Origin: a virus
Lineage: Duplodnaviria > Heunggongvirae > Uroviricota > Caudoviricetes
Direction: 5' to 3' (one strand)
Length of the DNA stretch: 64,000 bases
Virus record (IMG/VR): IMGVR_UViG_3300045988_163275
Location: 32,001 to 96,000 of that record
Shown here piece after piece: positions 38,892 through 48,150 of this stretch. Within the stretch, counting starts at the first letter, position 1, and each line of letters starts with the position of its first letter. The notes under the pieces were generated by a model. The model was not told the origin of the DNA. It saw only the letters and a program-made list of their open reading frames with translations, and did no database searches. Position numbers and translations under genes: made by a program.

Positions 38892-41800
38892 ATGAAACTT
38901 AAATTCAAAGTCCAGCCTTATCAAACTGTTGCCGTAGAGTCGGTTGTTGACTGCTTTGCGGGGCAACCTAATACCTCCGGTATAACCTACCGAATCGATC
39001 CTGGCATTGCCAAAGATAAATTTGGCAATGCTGGCTGGGATATGAGTGACCAGGATGGGTTTAAAAATGCTGAACTTGCGATCACTGAATCGCAGTTATT
39101 GCAAAATATCCATGGTGTTCAAAGTAGACAGAACCTCCCTGTTTCAGAAGCGTTAGCCAGCAATGCTAGCTCTAAGATTAATCTCGATGTTGAAATGGAA
39201 ACCGGTACAGGTAAGACATATTGCTACATCAAAACTATCTTTGAGATGAATAAACGCTATGGCTGGAGCAAATTTATTATCGTAGTGCCTAGCATTGCCA
39301 TTCGTGAAGGTGTTTACAAGTCGCTACAAATCACAGGTGAGCATTTTGCCCAGAATTACAACGGTAAAAAGGCACGGTTTTTCATCTATAACTCAAAACA
39401 ATTGCACCAGTTAGAGAGTTTTTCTTCTGACAGTGGCATCAATGTCATGATCATTAATATTCAAGCCTTTAATGCATCAGGAAAAGACAATCGACGTATT
39501 TATGAAGAGTTGGATGACTTCCAGTCTAGGCGTCCTATTGATGTTATTAGTGCAAACCGTCCAATCCTGATTTTGGATGAGCCGCAGAAGATGGAAGGTA
39601 AGAAGACATTAGATGCCTTAGCCAAATTCAAACCACTGATGGTACTTCGATATTCGGCCACGCATAAGACAACACATAATAAGGTGCATCGTCTGGATGC
39701 TCTTGACGCTTATAACAATAAGCTGGTTAAGAAAATTGCAGTTCGTGGTATCTCAGTAAAGGGTTTAGCGGGCACTACAGCCTATCTATATCTGGAATCC
39801 ATCGAAATCTCAAAAAAAATGCCAGTGGCTCGTATAGAGATCGAGGTTAAACAACAAAATGGCATCAAACGCATACCCAAGAAGGTCACTAAGGGCGATA
39901 ATCTTTTTGATCTTAGTAATGGTTTGGACCAGTACCGTGATTTTGTGGTTACTGATGTCAACGCGATTAACGACACAGTTGAATTCAAAAATGGCCATGT
40001 TTTAACCGCGGGCGATGCCACGGGAGACGTGACCGAAGAGACCATTCGCCGCATACAGATTCGCGAGACAATTAAAGCACACCTTGAAAAAGAAAAAATA
40101 CTTTTTAACCAGGGTATAAAGGTTCTCTCTCTCTTTTTTATTGACGAAGTCGCAAAGTATAGGGACTACTCTCAAGCCGATGAAAAAGGTGATTATGCTC
40201 GCGTTTTTGAAGAAGAGTATTCCTTGCTTGTACAGGAGTATCTTGATGAGTTGTCCCTTTTGCCAAGTGAGCAGACTGATGCCTATAAAGCCTATCTATC
40301 GGCCATTGAAGGCTCTAGAACGCATAATGGTTACTTCTCAATTGATAAGAAATCAAATCGTCTTCAGAACCCCGGCTTTAAAGTCCGTGGTGAAGATGCC
40401 GGGCTATCAGACGATGTAGATGCCTATGATTTGATTTTAAAAGATAAGGAAAAGTTACTTTCGTTTGAAGAGCCTACTCGATTTATCTTTTCACACTCGG
40501 CCTTGCGCGAGGGGTGGGATAATCCAAACGTATTTGTCATGTGTATGTTGAAACACAGCGACAATACTATCTCTCGTCGTCAAGAAGTTGGACGTGGTTT
40601 ACGTCTGGCCGTCAATAAACATGGTGACAGACAAGATCATCCGGCAACTGTGCATGAAATTAATGTCTTGTCGGTGATTGCAAGTGAAAGCTATAAAGAC
40701 TTTGTCACGAATCTGCAAAAAGAGATCAGCGAGTCTCTCTCAGCGAGACCTAGAAAAGCAGATGAAGCTTATTTTACGGGTAAGACAATTACAACAGCTG
40801 ATGGACCTGTAGAAGTAACACCTGTCATGGCTAAGCAAATTTATAAGTATTTGCTTAAAAATGATTATACCAATGACGTTGACGATTCAATTGCGCCATC
40901 ATTCCACCAGGCTAAGGCTAGTGGGCAGTTAGCGCCAATGCCTGCTGAGTTAGAGCCTTACCGCGAGCAAATATTGACCCTGATTGACGGTGTTTATAGT
41001 GAAGCGCAATTGCCAGGTGTTGGTGATGATCGTAAACCTAAAAACAATCCGTTGAATGCTAATTTTGATAAGAAAGAGTTTCAGGAGCTTTGGCACAAAA
41101 TCAATCGCAAAGCGGTTTATAAGGTTGATTTTGATTCGTCTGAGTTGATTAAAAATTGTATTCGGGTACTCAATAAAGAGCTTAAGGTAACGCCTCTTCA
41201 GTACACGATTCAAGATGGTGTTCAATTGGATGGCATTACCGACGAACAACTCAAAGCTGGACAAAGTTTCAAGGTGAAAAACACTGAGACTGAAACTCAT
41301 CAATCGAGCATTCATTCTGCTGTTCGTTATGACTTGGTTGGTAAGTTGGCTGAAAATTGTGTGCTGACTCGCAAAACAGTCGCCGAAATACTGATGGGTA
41401 TAGAACCTGTAGTATTTGCACAATTTAAGCAGAACCCTGAGCATTTTCTCGCTGAGGCTTCACGCCTTGTGAAAGAGCAAAAGGCATCTGTGATCATCGA
41501 GAAGCTATCATATGATCCAACGAACGAATCTTATGATGTTGATATATTCACGGCAGAGCAAAAAATCACTGATATGACAAAAGCCGTTAGTGGCGTTAAT
41601 AAGCATATTTATGATTATGTTGTCGTTGATTCACAAGGCATTGAACGGGACTTTGTTACCGAGCTTGATACAAGCAAAGAAGTCGTGGTTTATGCAAAAC
41701 TGCCTCGTGGTTTTCTGATACCGACGCCTGTTGGCGACTACAACCCTGATTGGGCGATTTCTTTCAAAGAAGGAAGTGTTAAACACATTTACTTTATTGC

Positions 41801-41969
41801 AGAGACTAAAGGAACGATGTCTTCGCTTGAATTGCGTGGCATAGAAGATCGCAAGATTGAATGTGCTAGGAAATTCTTTGAAAAAATTAATGCAGAGATA
41901 ACGAGTGAAAACGTCAAATATGATGTTGTAACGAGTTACTCGAAATTAATGGAAGTCATAAGCGGTTAG
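38892..41969 (+). CDS. res: Type III restriction enzyme Res subunit (helicase + PD-(D/E)xK nuclease)
   Basis: [23 protein letters not shown]-terminus, Walker [20 protein letters not shown]; C-terminal YNPDWAISF ... [10 protein letters not shown] nuclease motif; strong GGGAGGTG SD. Confidence 0.85.
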   Translation: MKLKFKVQPYQTVAVESVVDCFAGQPNTSGITYRIDPGIAKDKFGNAGWDMSDQDGFKNAELAITESQLLQNIHGVQSRQNLPVSEALASNASSKINLDVEMETGTGKTYCYIKTIFEMNKRYGWSKFIIVVPSIAIREGVYKSLQITGEHFAQNYNGKKARFFIYNSKQLHQLESFSSDSGINVMIINIQAFNASGKDNRRIYEELDDFQSRRPIDVISANRPILILDEPQKMEGKKTLDALAKFKPLMVLRYSATHKTTHNKVHRLDALDAYNNKLVKKIAVRGISVKGLAGTTAYLYLESIEISKKMPVARIEIEVKQQNGIKRIPKKVTKGDNLFDLSNGLDQYRDFVVTDVNAINDTVEFKNGHVLTAGDATGDVTEETIRRIQIRETIKAHLEKEKILFNQGIKVLSLFFIDEVAKYRDYSQADEKGDYARVFEEEYSLLVQEYLDELSLLPSEQTDAYKAYLSAIEGSRTHNGYFSIDKKSNRLQNPGFKVRGEDAGLSDDVDAYDLILKDKEKLLSFEEPTRFIFSHSALREGWDNPNVFVMCMLKHSDNTISRRQEVGRGLRLAVNKHGDRQDHPATVHEINVLSVIASESYKDFVTNLQKEISESLSARPRKADEAYFTGKTITTADGPVEVTPVMAKQIYKYLLKNDYTNDVDDSIAPSFHQAKASGQLAPMPAELEPYREQILTLIDGVYSEAQLPGVGDDRKPKNNPLNANFDKKEFQELWHKINRKAVYKVDFDSSELIKNCIRVLNKELKVTPLQYTIQDGVQLDGITDEQLKAGQSFKVKNTETETHQSSIHSAVRYDLVGKLAENCVLTRKTVAEILMGIEPVVFAQFKQNPEHFLAEASRLVKEQKASVIIEKLSYDPTNESYDVDIFTAEQKITDMTKAVSGVNKHIYDYVVVDSQGIERDFVTELDTSKEVVVYAKLPRGFLIPTPVGDYNPDWAISFKEGSVKHIYFIAETKGTMSSLELRGIEDRKIECARKFFEKINAEITSENVKYDVVTSYSKLMEVISG

Positions 41970-41990
41970 TTGTTTTCGTTTTTATATCGG

Positions 41991-42024
41991 GCTGTCAGTT
42001 CATCTGGCTGACAGCTCACTTTTA
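41991..42024 (+). terminator. rho-independent terminator ending the island operon
   Basis: GCTGTCAG-TTCATCTG-GCTGACAGC then TCACTTTT. Confidence 0.55.
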
Positions 42025-42211
42025 GTTACATAAAAATAATTGAAAAATTGAGTCAGCAGATTGAGTCTAAATGTCGCTCACTCATGCGGTTATATTTTAA
42101 GTATGGTTGTTGACATGACGGAGAAATAGCATGAATCCTGAAAAGTGAATCGCCACTGCCATCAGATAGAGTTTGATCATGTGTTTTCCTATGTGGCTAT
42201 TGTGTGTAGAT

Positions 42212-42230
42212 GATAAGTAAGTGATTATAT
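42212..42230. promoter_or_regulatory. palindromic motif B copy (degenerate)
   Basis: TGATAAGTAAGTGATTATA downstream of recA stop. Confidence 0.35.
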
Positions 42231-42270
42231 ATTTTCAAGGTATAAAGACGTCCATTCGGACGCCTGAAAA

Positions 42271-44610
42271 TTAATCTTCTAATTCATCTGTCGGTGATGT
42301 CTTCTCGCGCCTGTCATCTATTGCCTGTAACGCAGCAATGATTTCAGCTAATGGCTTCTCCCGGTACATCTCGACGATCTGTGATTTGGTGTATTTCTTC
42401 TCGCCAATTTCCACACGCCCGCTGGCGCTCTTGGGCAGGTATCCTTCCTCCAGCATGTATTCAACCAGAGACTCGACGACGTCCAGCCCGCGAGTCGGGT
42501 CGAAGTAGAATTTCCATGAGCATTTGCCAAACGGAGGCGCGACTTTGTTTTTAATGCACTCGGCGCCAACGTCCTGTCCGATCTTCTCTTTGCCATCCTT
42601 CATGACGGATGCACCCAGACGGATGCGCACCGACGCGTAGAACTTCGGAGAGTCGCCACCCGGAGACGTAGTCGGATCGCCAAACATCACACCAATTTTG
42701 GTACGCACCTGGTTCAAGAAGATGATGCACGCGTTGTACTTACGCGCCCAAAGCGCCAGAGTAGGGAAGTTCGCACTTGTCGCGCGCGCCAGCGCCGTGT
42801 TGTCGTTCATGTTCAGCTGATCTTTGTCCTTCGCAGTGCCTTCTGCCATCTTGTCGAACTTCTCAGCCTTCGAGTTCGGAACCATCGACGCCAGAGAGTC
42901 GGCTACGATGCAGATAGGGGCTGTTTCCGGAATAAGCTCTTCGTCGCGCACCAGCTTGAGGATTGTGCCGATCAGCTCTACGGAGTCTTCGAAGGTATCC
43001 GGCTGTTTGTAGACCCACTGACCGTCGTCTTCGTCGGCGTTCAGTCCGTTCGCTACCGCCAGACCAACGTCGAAACTGTTTTCGTGGTCAAGGAATACGG
43101 CCAGACCATCCTGTTTTTGTGCTGACACCATCGCAGCTGTCGCGAGGAATGTGTTGTGGCTGATAATCCCGTTAGACCAGAAAGAGTGTGTTTCCGGCAT
43201 CGCTACGTCGAACGTTGGTGCTTCACCTTCCTCAATAGCCACGACTTCGTCGTAGAACAAGTTAGAGTCAATTACCGCTGCCAGTTGTGCAAACAGATGC
43301 TCGTTAAAACGATTCTTTCTGCTAATGAAGGAGACATAGATTTCTCGCAGTTTGTCTATTCCGACACGATCGCCGCGGCCAATAACGTGATCTACCAGAA
43401 CGTAGTCTTTACGAGAGGTCTTGGTGAGTGACTCGTAGAGTGATTTCACTAAGCCGCTGATGTGCGGAACGTAGCCTAAATAAGTGCGGTCAAAACTAAT
43501 GTCCCGTTTGGTTGCCACTGCTAAACGAGCCGGAGACTCGAACCCAATCGTTGACAGGAAAAGGTCGTAGTTAGAGCCACTGAATGACAGCCGGTAATAT
43601 ATGTTTTTATAACCTGCGACGTGTTTTTCAGAGATAGTTGACGTAATCCCCAGATTCAGGAGCATGAGGCGAATTTGCTGTAGCAGCAGCCCACTCGCGC
43701 TCACAACCTCAATGCAGCGACCATCATTGATGTGGCATTCCAGCTCAAAGTAGCCGCGAAGGAATGCAATTTGAGCCTCGCTATTGGCGCGACGCACACT
43801 CAACGGAACCTGCTTGCCAGCAGCTTTCTCATACTCCAGACCATATTCTTTAAAAAGCAGCGAACGCACCTCTTTGCTAAACAGCACATGGTCTTCCGAG
43901 CCGTTATGTTTTCTCGTAACTGGCATCTTGTCTGATACCAGCGAAATGAGGCGGTAGTACTCATCCTTGATGAATGGATCTGTGTTAGAAAAATGCACAG
44001 AATTTTCAGAGGCCACGTATCCGTCAGCAATTAAATAGCCCATCAGTTTTGCGATATTGGCATCCAAGTGCTGATCGCCGAATTGATGTGTGCCAACCAT
44101 TGAAGGAATCGTGTCGCCTACACTGATTTTTTCAGCATACCGCCAGACGATATTGCCTAAGTCGTCAACCACACGAATTGGGTGACGGAACGTAGCCTCG
44201 ATGTAACCCCCTGATGCCAGCTTAATGCGCTTGAATTTGCGACGGTTGTTCCATGTCAGGTGTGAGGTCTTCTCTATCACGCCATTTTCATTGATGAGTC
44301 CAACGTTATGCTCTACATCGCGAGTAGTGCATGTTGCTTTGTGCCCCTCAATCTCAAACAGTTCTTTCACTGTTACCATTCCACGCTCCGTCAGCAGCAT
44401 GGTGTCTGCGGTAACACATTTCCCCGCGCTTGGTGGCCCGAAGACTTCAACGATACGCCCACACGGAAAACCACCGTCGTAACGTCCGGAAATGGCTTTG
44501 TTCAGTGGAGGGAAACCGGAGTCAATCCAGTGGGAGACCTTCTGAATCTCGTCATTGCTGCCGATTTTCTTTTTCAGCGCCAGTGCCAGTGCGGATTTGC
44601 CTTTTGCCAT
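42271..44610 (-). CDS. recA: RecA recombinase interrupted by a 422-aa intein
   Basis: exteins total ~357 aa with GPPSAGK P-loop and IFLNQVRTKIGVMFGDPTTSPGGDSPKFYASVRIRLG core; ATG with AAGGAG SD. Confidence 0.9.
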   Translation of the reverse strand: MAKGKSALALALKKKIGSNDEIQKVSHWIDSGFPPLNKAISGRYDGGFPCGRIVEVFGPPSAGKCVTADTMLLTERGMVTVKELFEIEGHKATCTTRDVEHNVGLINENGVIEKTSHLTWNNRRKFKRIKLASGGYIEATFRHPIRVVDDLGNIVWRYAEKISVGDTIPSMVGTHQFGDQHLDANIAKLMGYLIADGYVASENSVHFSNTDPFIKDEYYRLISLVSDKMPVTRKHNGSEDHVLFSKEVRSLLFKEYGLEYEKAAGKQVPLSVRRANSEAQIAFLRGYFELECHINDGRCIEVVSASGLLLQQIRLMLLNLGITSTISEKHVAGYKNIYYRLSFSGSNYDLFLSTIGFESPARLAVATKRDISFDRTYLGYVPHISGLVKSLYESLTKTSRKDYVLVDHVIGRGDRVGIDKLREIYVSFISRKNRFNEHLFAQLAAVIDSNLFYDEVVAIEEGEAPTFDVAMPETHSFWSNGIISHNTFLATAAMVSAQKQDGLAVFLDHENSFDVGLAVANGLNADEDDGQWVYKQPDTFEDSVELIGTILKLVRDEELIPETAPICIVADSLASMVPNSKAEKFDKMAEGTAKDKDQLNMNDNTALARATSANFPTLALWARKYNACIIFLNQVRTKIGVMFGDPTTSPGGDSPKFYASVRIRLGASVMKDGKEKIGQDVGAECIKNKVAPPFGKCSWKFYFDPTRGLDVVESLVEYMLEEGYLPKSASGRVEIGEKKYTKSQIVEMYREKPLAEIIAALQAIDDRREKTSPTDELED
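43153..44418 (-). mobile_element. intein with LAGLIDADG homing-endonuclease domain inserted in the RecA P-loop
   Basis: starts CVTADTMLL after GPPSAGK, TFRHP block, LMGYLIADGYV and FLRGYFELECH dodecapeptides, ends IISHN followed by T; boundary codons checked by hand. Confidence 0.8.
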
Positions 44611-44612
44611 GA

Positions 44613-44879
44613 TTAGGCTCCTTTTGATTCGTTGATTCGCTTCGAAGCAGCGGCTTCGTCAAACTTGATTGCGTCGTGGTTCAGGTGTTTGGCGACGCGA
44701 GCGATGATCTTCACGACCTGCTCACTGACCAGCGCGAACTCACGCTCAGTAGCAGAAATGCCAGCAGCGCCCAGAATGTTCGGCAGCGCTACCACAGCGT
44801 GCTCGCCGTGGCAGAAAACAATCTCCTTTGCCAGCATGGTTGGCGTAGTTGCCCCGCCATTAATGATGGATTTCAGCAT
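44613..44879 (-). CDS. hypothetical protein (88 aa)
   Basis: ATG overlaps stop of flap endonuclease; ends 3 nt before recA ATG. Confidence 0.45.
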   Translation of the reverse strand: MLKSIINGGATTPTMLAKEIVFCHGEHAVVALPNILGAAGISATEREFALVSEQVVKIIARVAKHLNHDAIKFDEAAASKRINESKGA

Positions 44880-45823
44880 CAGCAATACCTCTCAAACGGC
44901 AGAACAAACACTTCCAGATCTTCCAGAAACGAACGGAAATTCAGCTCGTAACACATCTGTTCAAAGGCGCTCATATCGCGTGCGCCTTTAATCGACTCGA
45001 TTTCGCTGGGTGGGAATTTTGTGTCGATAAGGTTCATCAGCATCATGTTGCGCTTAAAGGCTTCGAGCATCCGGCAGCCCGTCTTCTCGTTGAAGGCGTT
45101 CTTTGCCAGCTTGTTGAATGCCGTCTTATAGCGACCTTTGTTGATGACAATGGAACCGTCGTTAATGCCGCGTACCATTGCGGCCACGCTTCCCCATTCA
45201 TGAAGCAGCTCTTTCGCGCCACCATCACCAATGCCACCTACGCCTTTGATGTTGTCCGAGTTATCGCCCTGCAACGCTTTCGCTTCCAGAAACGCGCGTG
45301 GGGTCGGCAGACCGGTCAGCTCTGCGAACTGTTCGAAGTTCACCTGCTTGTGCTTGGCGTCTTCACGCAGGCTTATCCAGCTCACGTTCTCACGAACAAG
45401 CTGGAGCCAGTCGCCATCGCCCGTTAGCAGATAGATATGGTCAACAGTCGGCTGCGGAGCCAGACGAGAGACCAGCATTCCAGCCAGGTCATCCGCTTCT
45501 GCGTCCTTTGCAATGAGTTGGTTAACGCCCAGCGCGGTCATCATTTTCAAGATGTACGGCTTCTGGATGGCAAAGCCTTCTTTCATCTTCTTCATGTCCG
45601 GGTCGTCGTCGCGGTTCGCTTTGTACTCCGGGTAGAAGTCGCGACGTTTGTCGCTGAATCCATCCCACAAGATCATTGGCCGGGCATGGAGAATTGAGGC
45701 GTAACGACGAACGTTCTTCACGAAGCCAAAAGTCGCCTGAACTTCCATCTCGCCGTTGTGTAATTTGTCGGATTGCTGGTGGTAATAGCCCAGGCTGTTA
45801 CCGTCCACAAAGAGATAATTCAC
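44879..45823 (-). CDS. 5'-3' exonuclease / flap endonuclease (FEN)
   Basis: NYLFVDGNSLGYY, EADD, LLTGDGDWLQL, GDNSDNIKGVGGIG; probable GTG start at 45821-45823 with GGAAGGAG SD (track ORF starts 45874). Confidence 0.8.
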   Translation of the reverse strand: MNYLFVDGNSLGYYHQQSDKLHNGEMEVQATFGFVKNVRRYASILHARPMILWDGFSDKRRDFYPEYKANRDDDPDMKKMKEGFAIQKPYILKMMTALGVNQLIAKDAEADDLAGMLVSRLAPQPTVDHIYLLTGDGDWLQLVRENVSWISLREDAKHKQVNFEQFAELTGLPTPRAFLEAKALQGDNSDNIKGVGGIGDGGAKELLHEWGSVAAMVRGINDGSIVINKGRYKTAFNKLAKNAFNEKTGCRMLEAFKRNMMLMNLIDTKFPPSEIESIKGARDMSAFEQMCYELNFRSFLEDLEVFVLPFERYC

Positions 45824-45842
45824 CGGTACACTCCTTCCAAAA

Positions 45843-45866
45843 AGTAAGGCGTCCGCAGACGCCTTA
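45843..45866 (-). terminator. intercistronic hairpin between SSB and FEN genes
   Basis: AAGGCGTC-TGCG-GACGCCTT; possible attenuator. Confidence 0.35.
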
Positions 45867-45883
45867 CTGGTCACGTTATGGGA

Positions 45884-46900
45884 TTACAGAGCGTCCAGTT
45901 CAGCCAGCAGGTTATCGAGACCTTCATCAGCTGGTACAGATGCAGCGGCAGCAGATGCTGAAGCACTTGCGGCTTCGGTGGCTTCCGGAGCTTTCGCTTC
46001 TTCCGGTTTGAACTCAGCTTCAGCTGCACGCAGGATCTCTTCATCAACCAGGCTGGTGGACTCTGGCGCCGGAGTATGTGCTGTAGCGACAGCAGCTGCG
46101 CCTTCCGTATGTCCAGTGATAGAGCCAAAGCCTGGCAGTCCAGCTGCGGCTGATTTTGCAGCGGAAGAAATGGCTGGTGAGGACATAGTTGCTGCCGGAG
46201 CCGCAATACCAATCAGACGACCCATAGTGCGAGCCGTGGACAGCAAACGAGTTTCGTCAGACTGGTTCGCATATGCGATCAGATCGTGTTGGGTAGTCCA
46301 GAGCTTCTCAGGAATGTCGCCTTTGTAGACTTTACGTTTCGGGGATACGTCGTACTTGGTGTCACGACCGGAACCGGTGCGTTTAATCAGGAACGCATAG
46401 CCTTCTTCTTTGCTCAGTGGGTTGCCAATATCGTCCGCAATATCTTCGGACATCACTTTGCAGATATCGTCGAAGACCGTAGACGGCAGCTCAATTAGCT
46501 GGCATTTCTCTGCGTCCGCAAAGTCTTCACGCGCAGACAGAACACCGTTGACCAGATAACGCGGCGTAGCACGCATACTATTAATGCGCTCTTCCATCGC
46601 TTTGTTGCCCTTAAAGCGAGCGCGACCTTCCATAACCATCTCACACAGCTGGCAAGCGTGGCCGTGGGTGTGTTGTTCGCAGATATAGGCGGTGGTTACA
46701 TCTTTGCCTTCCTCATTCTGATGCTTAACGTAGTGCATACCGAAAGTCTGGAAGAACACGCCATTCGGATCGTCCTTGTTCGGAAAAATGCGCAGATAGT
46801 TATTGCCATCTTTCAGACGGGTCAAATCAATGTTATTGCCACGTTTGGAAGCAATATCGCCACGGGTCTTGTTAAGCAGATCAAGTAATGACTTAGACAT
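45884..46900 (-). CDS. putative ssDNA-binding protein (gp32-like) with acidic C-terminal tail
   Basis: GNNYLRIFPNKDDPNGVFFQTFGMHYVKH followed by H/C cluster (CEQHTHGHACQLC); A/E-rich tail; AAGGAG SD. Confidence 0.55.
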   Translation of the reverse strand: MSKSLLDLLNKTRGDIASKRGNNIDLTRLKDGNNYLRIFPNKDDPNGVFFQTFGMHYVKHQNEEGKDVTTAYICEQHTHGHACQLCEMVMEGRARFKGNKAMEERINSMRATPRYLVNGVLSAREDFADAEKCQLIELPSTVFDDICKVMSEDIADDIGNPLSKEEGYAFLIKRTGSGRDTKYDVSPKRKVYKGDIPEKLWTTQHDLIAYANQSDETRLLSTARTMGRLIGIAAPAATMSSPAISSAAKSAAAGLPGFGSITGHTEGAAAVATAHTPAPESTSLVDEEILRAAEAEFKPEEAKAPEATEAASASASAAAASVPADEGLDNLLAELDAL

Positions 46901-46986
46901 GTATTTCTCCTTGTTGTGATTGTGGCCATTGGCGCTATGCGCATTGGGCGTTCGTTTGTTCGTGGCTCTTTCGAGCGAGAAGAATG

Positions 46987-47010
46987 ATAGATCAGTACTT
47001 ACTTACTATC
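46987..47010. promoter_or_regulatory. palindromic motif B copy
   Basis: GATAGATCAGTACTTACTTACTATC upstream of SSB gene. Confidence 0.5.
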
Positions 47011-47019
47011 TAGCATAAA

Positions 47020-47493
47020 TTAACGGGGTAAATGGAATCGTTCGGCCCCCAGACGCTCTATCTCTACGATAGCCATCTTCGACGCCTGGACAATCATATC
47101 GCGGCGGTGGGAGAAGGCGGCTACAGCGTGCTTGTACAGGTCTGCAATGTGTCGAGCATCGTCGAGTTTCTGGCGCTTTGCGAGGTATTGCGGGTTGGTT
47201 CTAACCTTCGCTTCCAGTACTGATTCATTAAACTTAATTCCATTCATACTCAAGCTCTTACGCTCGTTGTCATAGATTTTTGCCTCGATCGCGTCGAGAG
47301 AGAGTTTTGCATCTGCAACCTCACGTTCTGCCCGTGCCAGCTTAGAGCCATACTCCATCAACAGACGCGGTTGCTGACGCCAGACTTCCTCCAGATTGTC
47401 GCGGTCGAACTCCAGATCGGACATGATTTTTTCGTAGATATCGGTGCTCATAAAGTTATCTATATACTTATTTTCGTATATCAATTTTATCAT
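47020..47493 (-). CDS. hypothetical coiled-coil protein (157 aa)
   Basis: ATG at 47491-47493, no SD. Confidence 0.35.
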   Translation of the reverse strand: MIKLIYENKYIDNFMSTDIYEKIMSDLEFDRDNLEEVWRQQPRLLMEYGSKLARAEREVADAKLSLDAIEAKIYDNERKSLSMNGIKFNESVLEAKVRTNPQYLAKRQKLDDARHIADLYKHAVAAFSHRRDMIVQASKMAIVEIERLGAERFHLPR

Positions 47494-47560
47494 GTTGGAA
47501 TCAGGCGGTGGAGCTGGCTTGCTGAAGAACTTGAGGGCTGACGTAGATAAGCTGATGTAA

Positions 47561-48121
47561 ATGGGGATAATTCTGATAACCTGTAGTCAGTACTGCGTAG
47601 TCGCAGATGCTCTGTATAGCCACGGTTGCGATGATGCGCTCATTTGCTACTACGGAAACTCAGTGTATGTAGAATTTGACCGAGAAGCTAAATCTTTAGA
47701 TGAAGCAATCGAATCGGCAATCCTTGATATTGAAACAGCAGGCATTGGCGCAGTGGTGGAATCGGTAGATTCAGCACTGGTAGGCTTGAGCGATATTGCT
47801 CAACTCTCTGGCTTAACGCGCCAGGCTATTACTCTGCTTAAAGACGGATTACGTGGCAAAGGTGATTTTCCTTGCCCTGTTCAGCGTATCAGCGGTCAGT
47901 CTCCACTCTGGGACTGGGCGGAAGTCGCTAAATGGTTGAATGACTGCGGTCGTCTTGACAGCAAAGACGAAAAAGCACGGGAAGAACTGGTGCGTAACGC
48001 GCGCACATTGAGTACGTGGAATCTTGCCCTGCGTATAAGATCGTTGGGCGACATTCATGAGGTGGAGAGAGTTACTCGCTCACTCAGTCACTCGCAAGAC
48101 TGCGAAAAAATTTGCGCATAA
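47561..48121 (+). CDS. putative transcriptional regulator with AlpA-like HTH C-terminal domain
   Basis: LSDIAQLSGLTRQAITLLKDGLRGKGDFPCPVQRISGQSPLWDWAEVAKWL; terminator follows; start uncertain. Confidence 0.45.
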   Translation: MGIILITCSQYCVVADALYSHGCDDALICYYGNSVYVEFDREAKSLDEAIESAILDIETAGIGAVVESVDSALVGLSDIAQLSGLTRQAITLLKDGLRGKGDFPCPVQRISGQSPLWDWAEVAKWLNDCGRLDSKDEKAREELVRNARTLSTWNLALRIRSLGDIHEVERVTRSLSHSQDCEKICA

Positions 48122-48150
48122 AACCCGCCAAATGGCGGGTTTTTCTTTAT
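48121..48150. terminator. bidirectional rho-independent terminator
   Basis: AACCCGCC-AAAT-GGCGGGTT then TTTTCTTTATT, between convergent genes. Confidence 0.6.
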
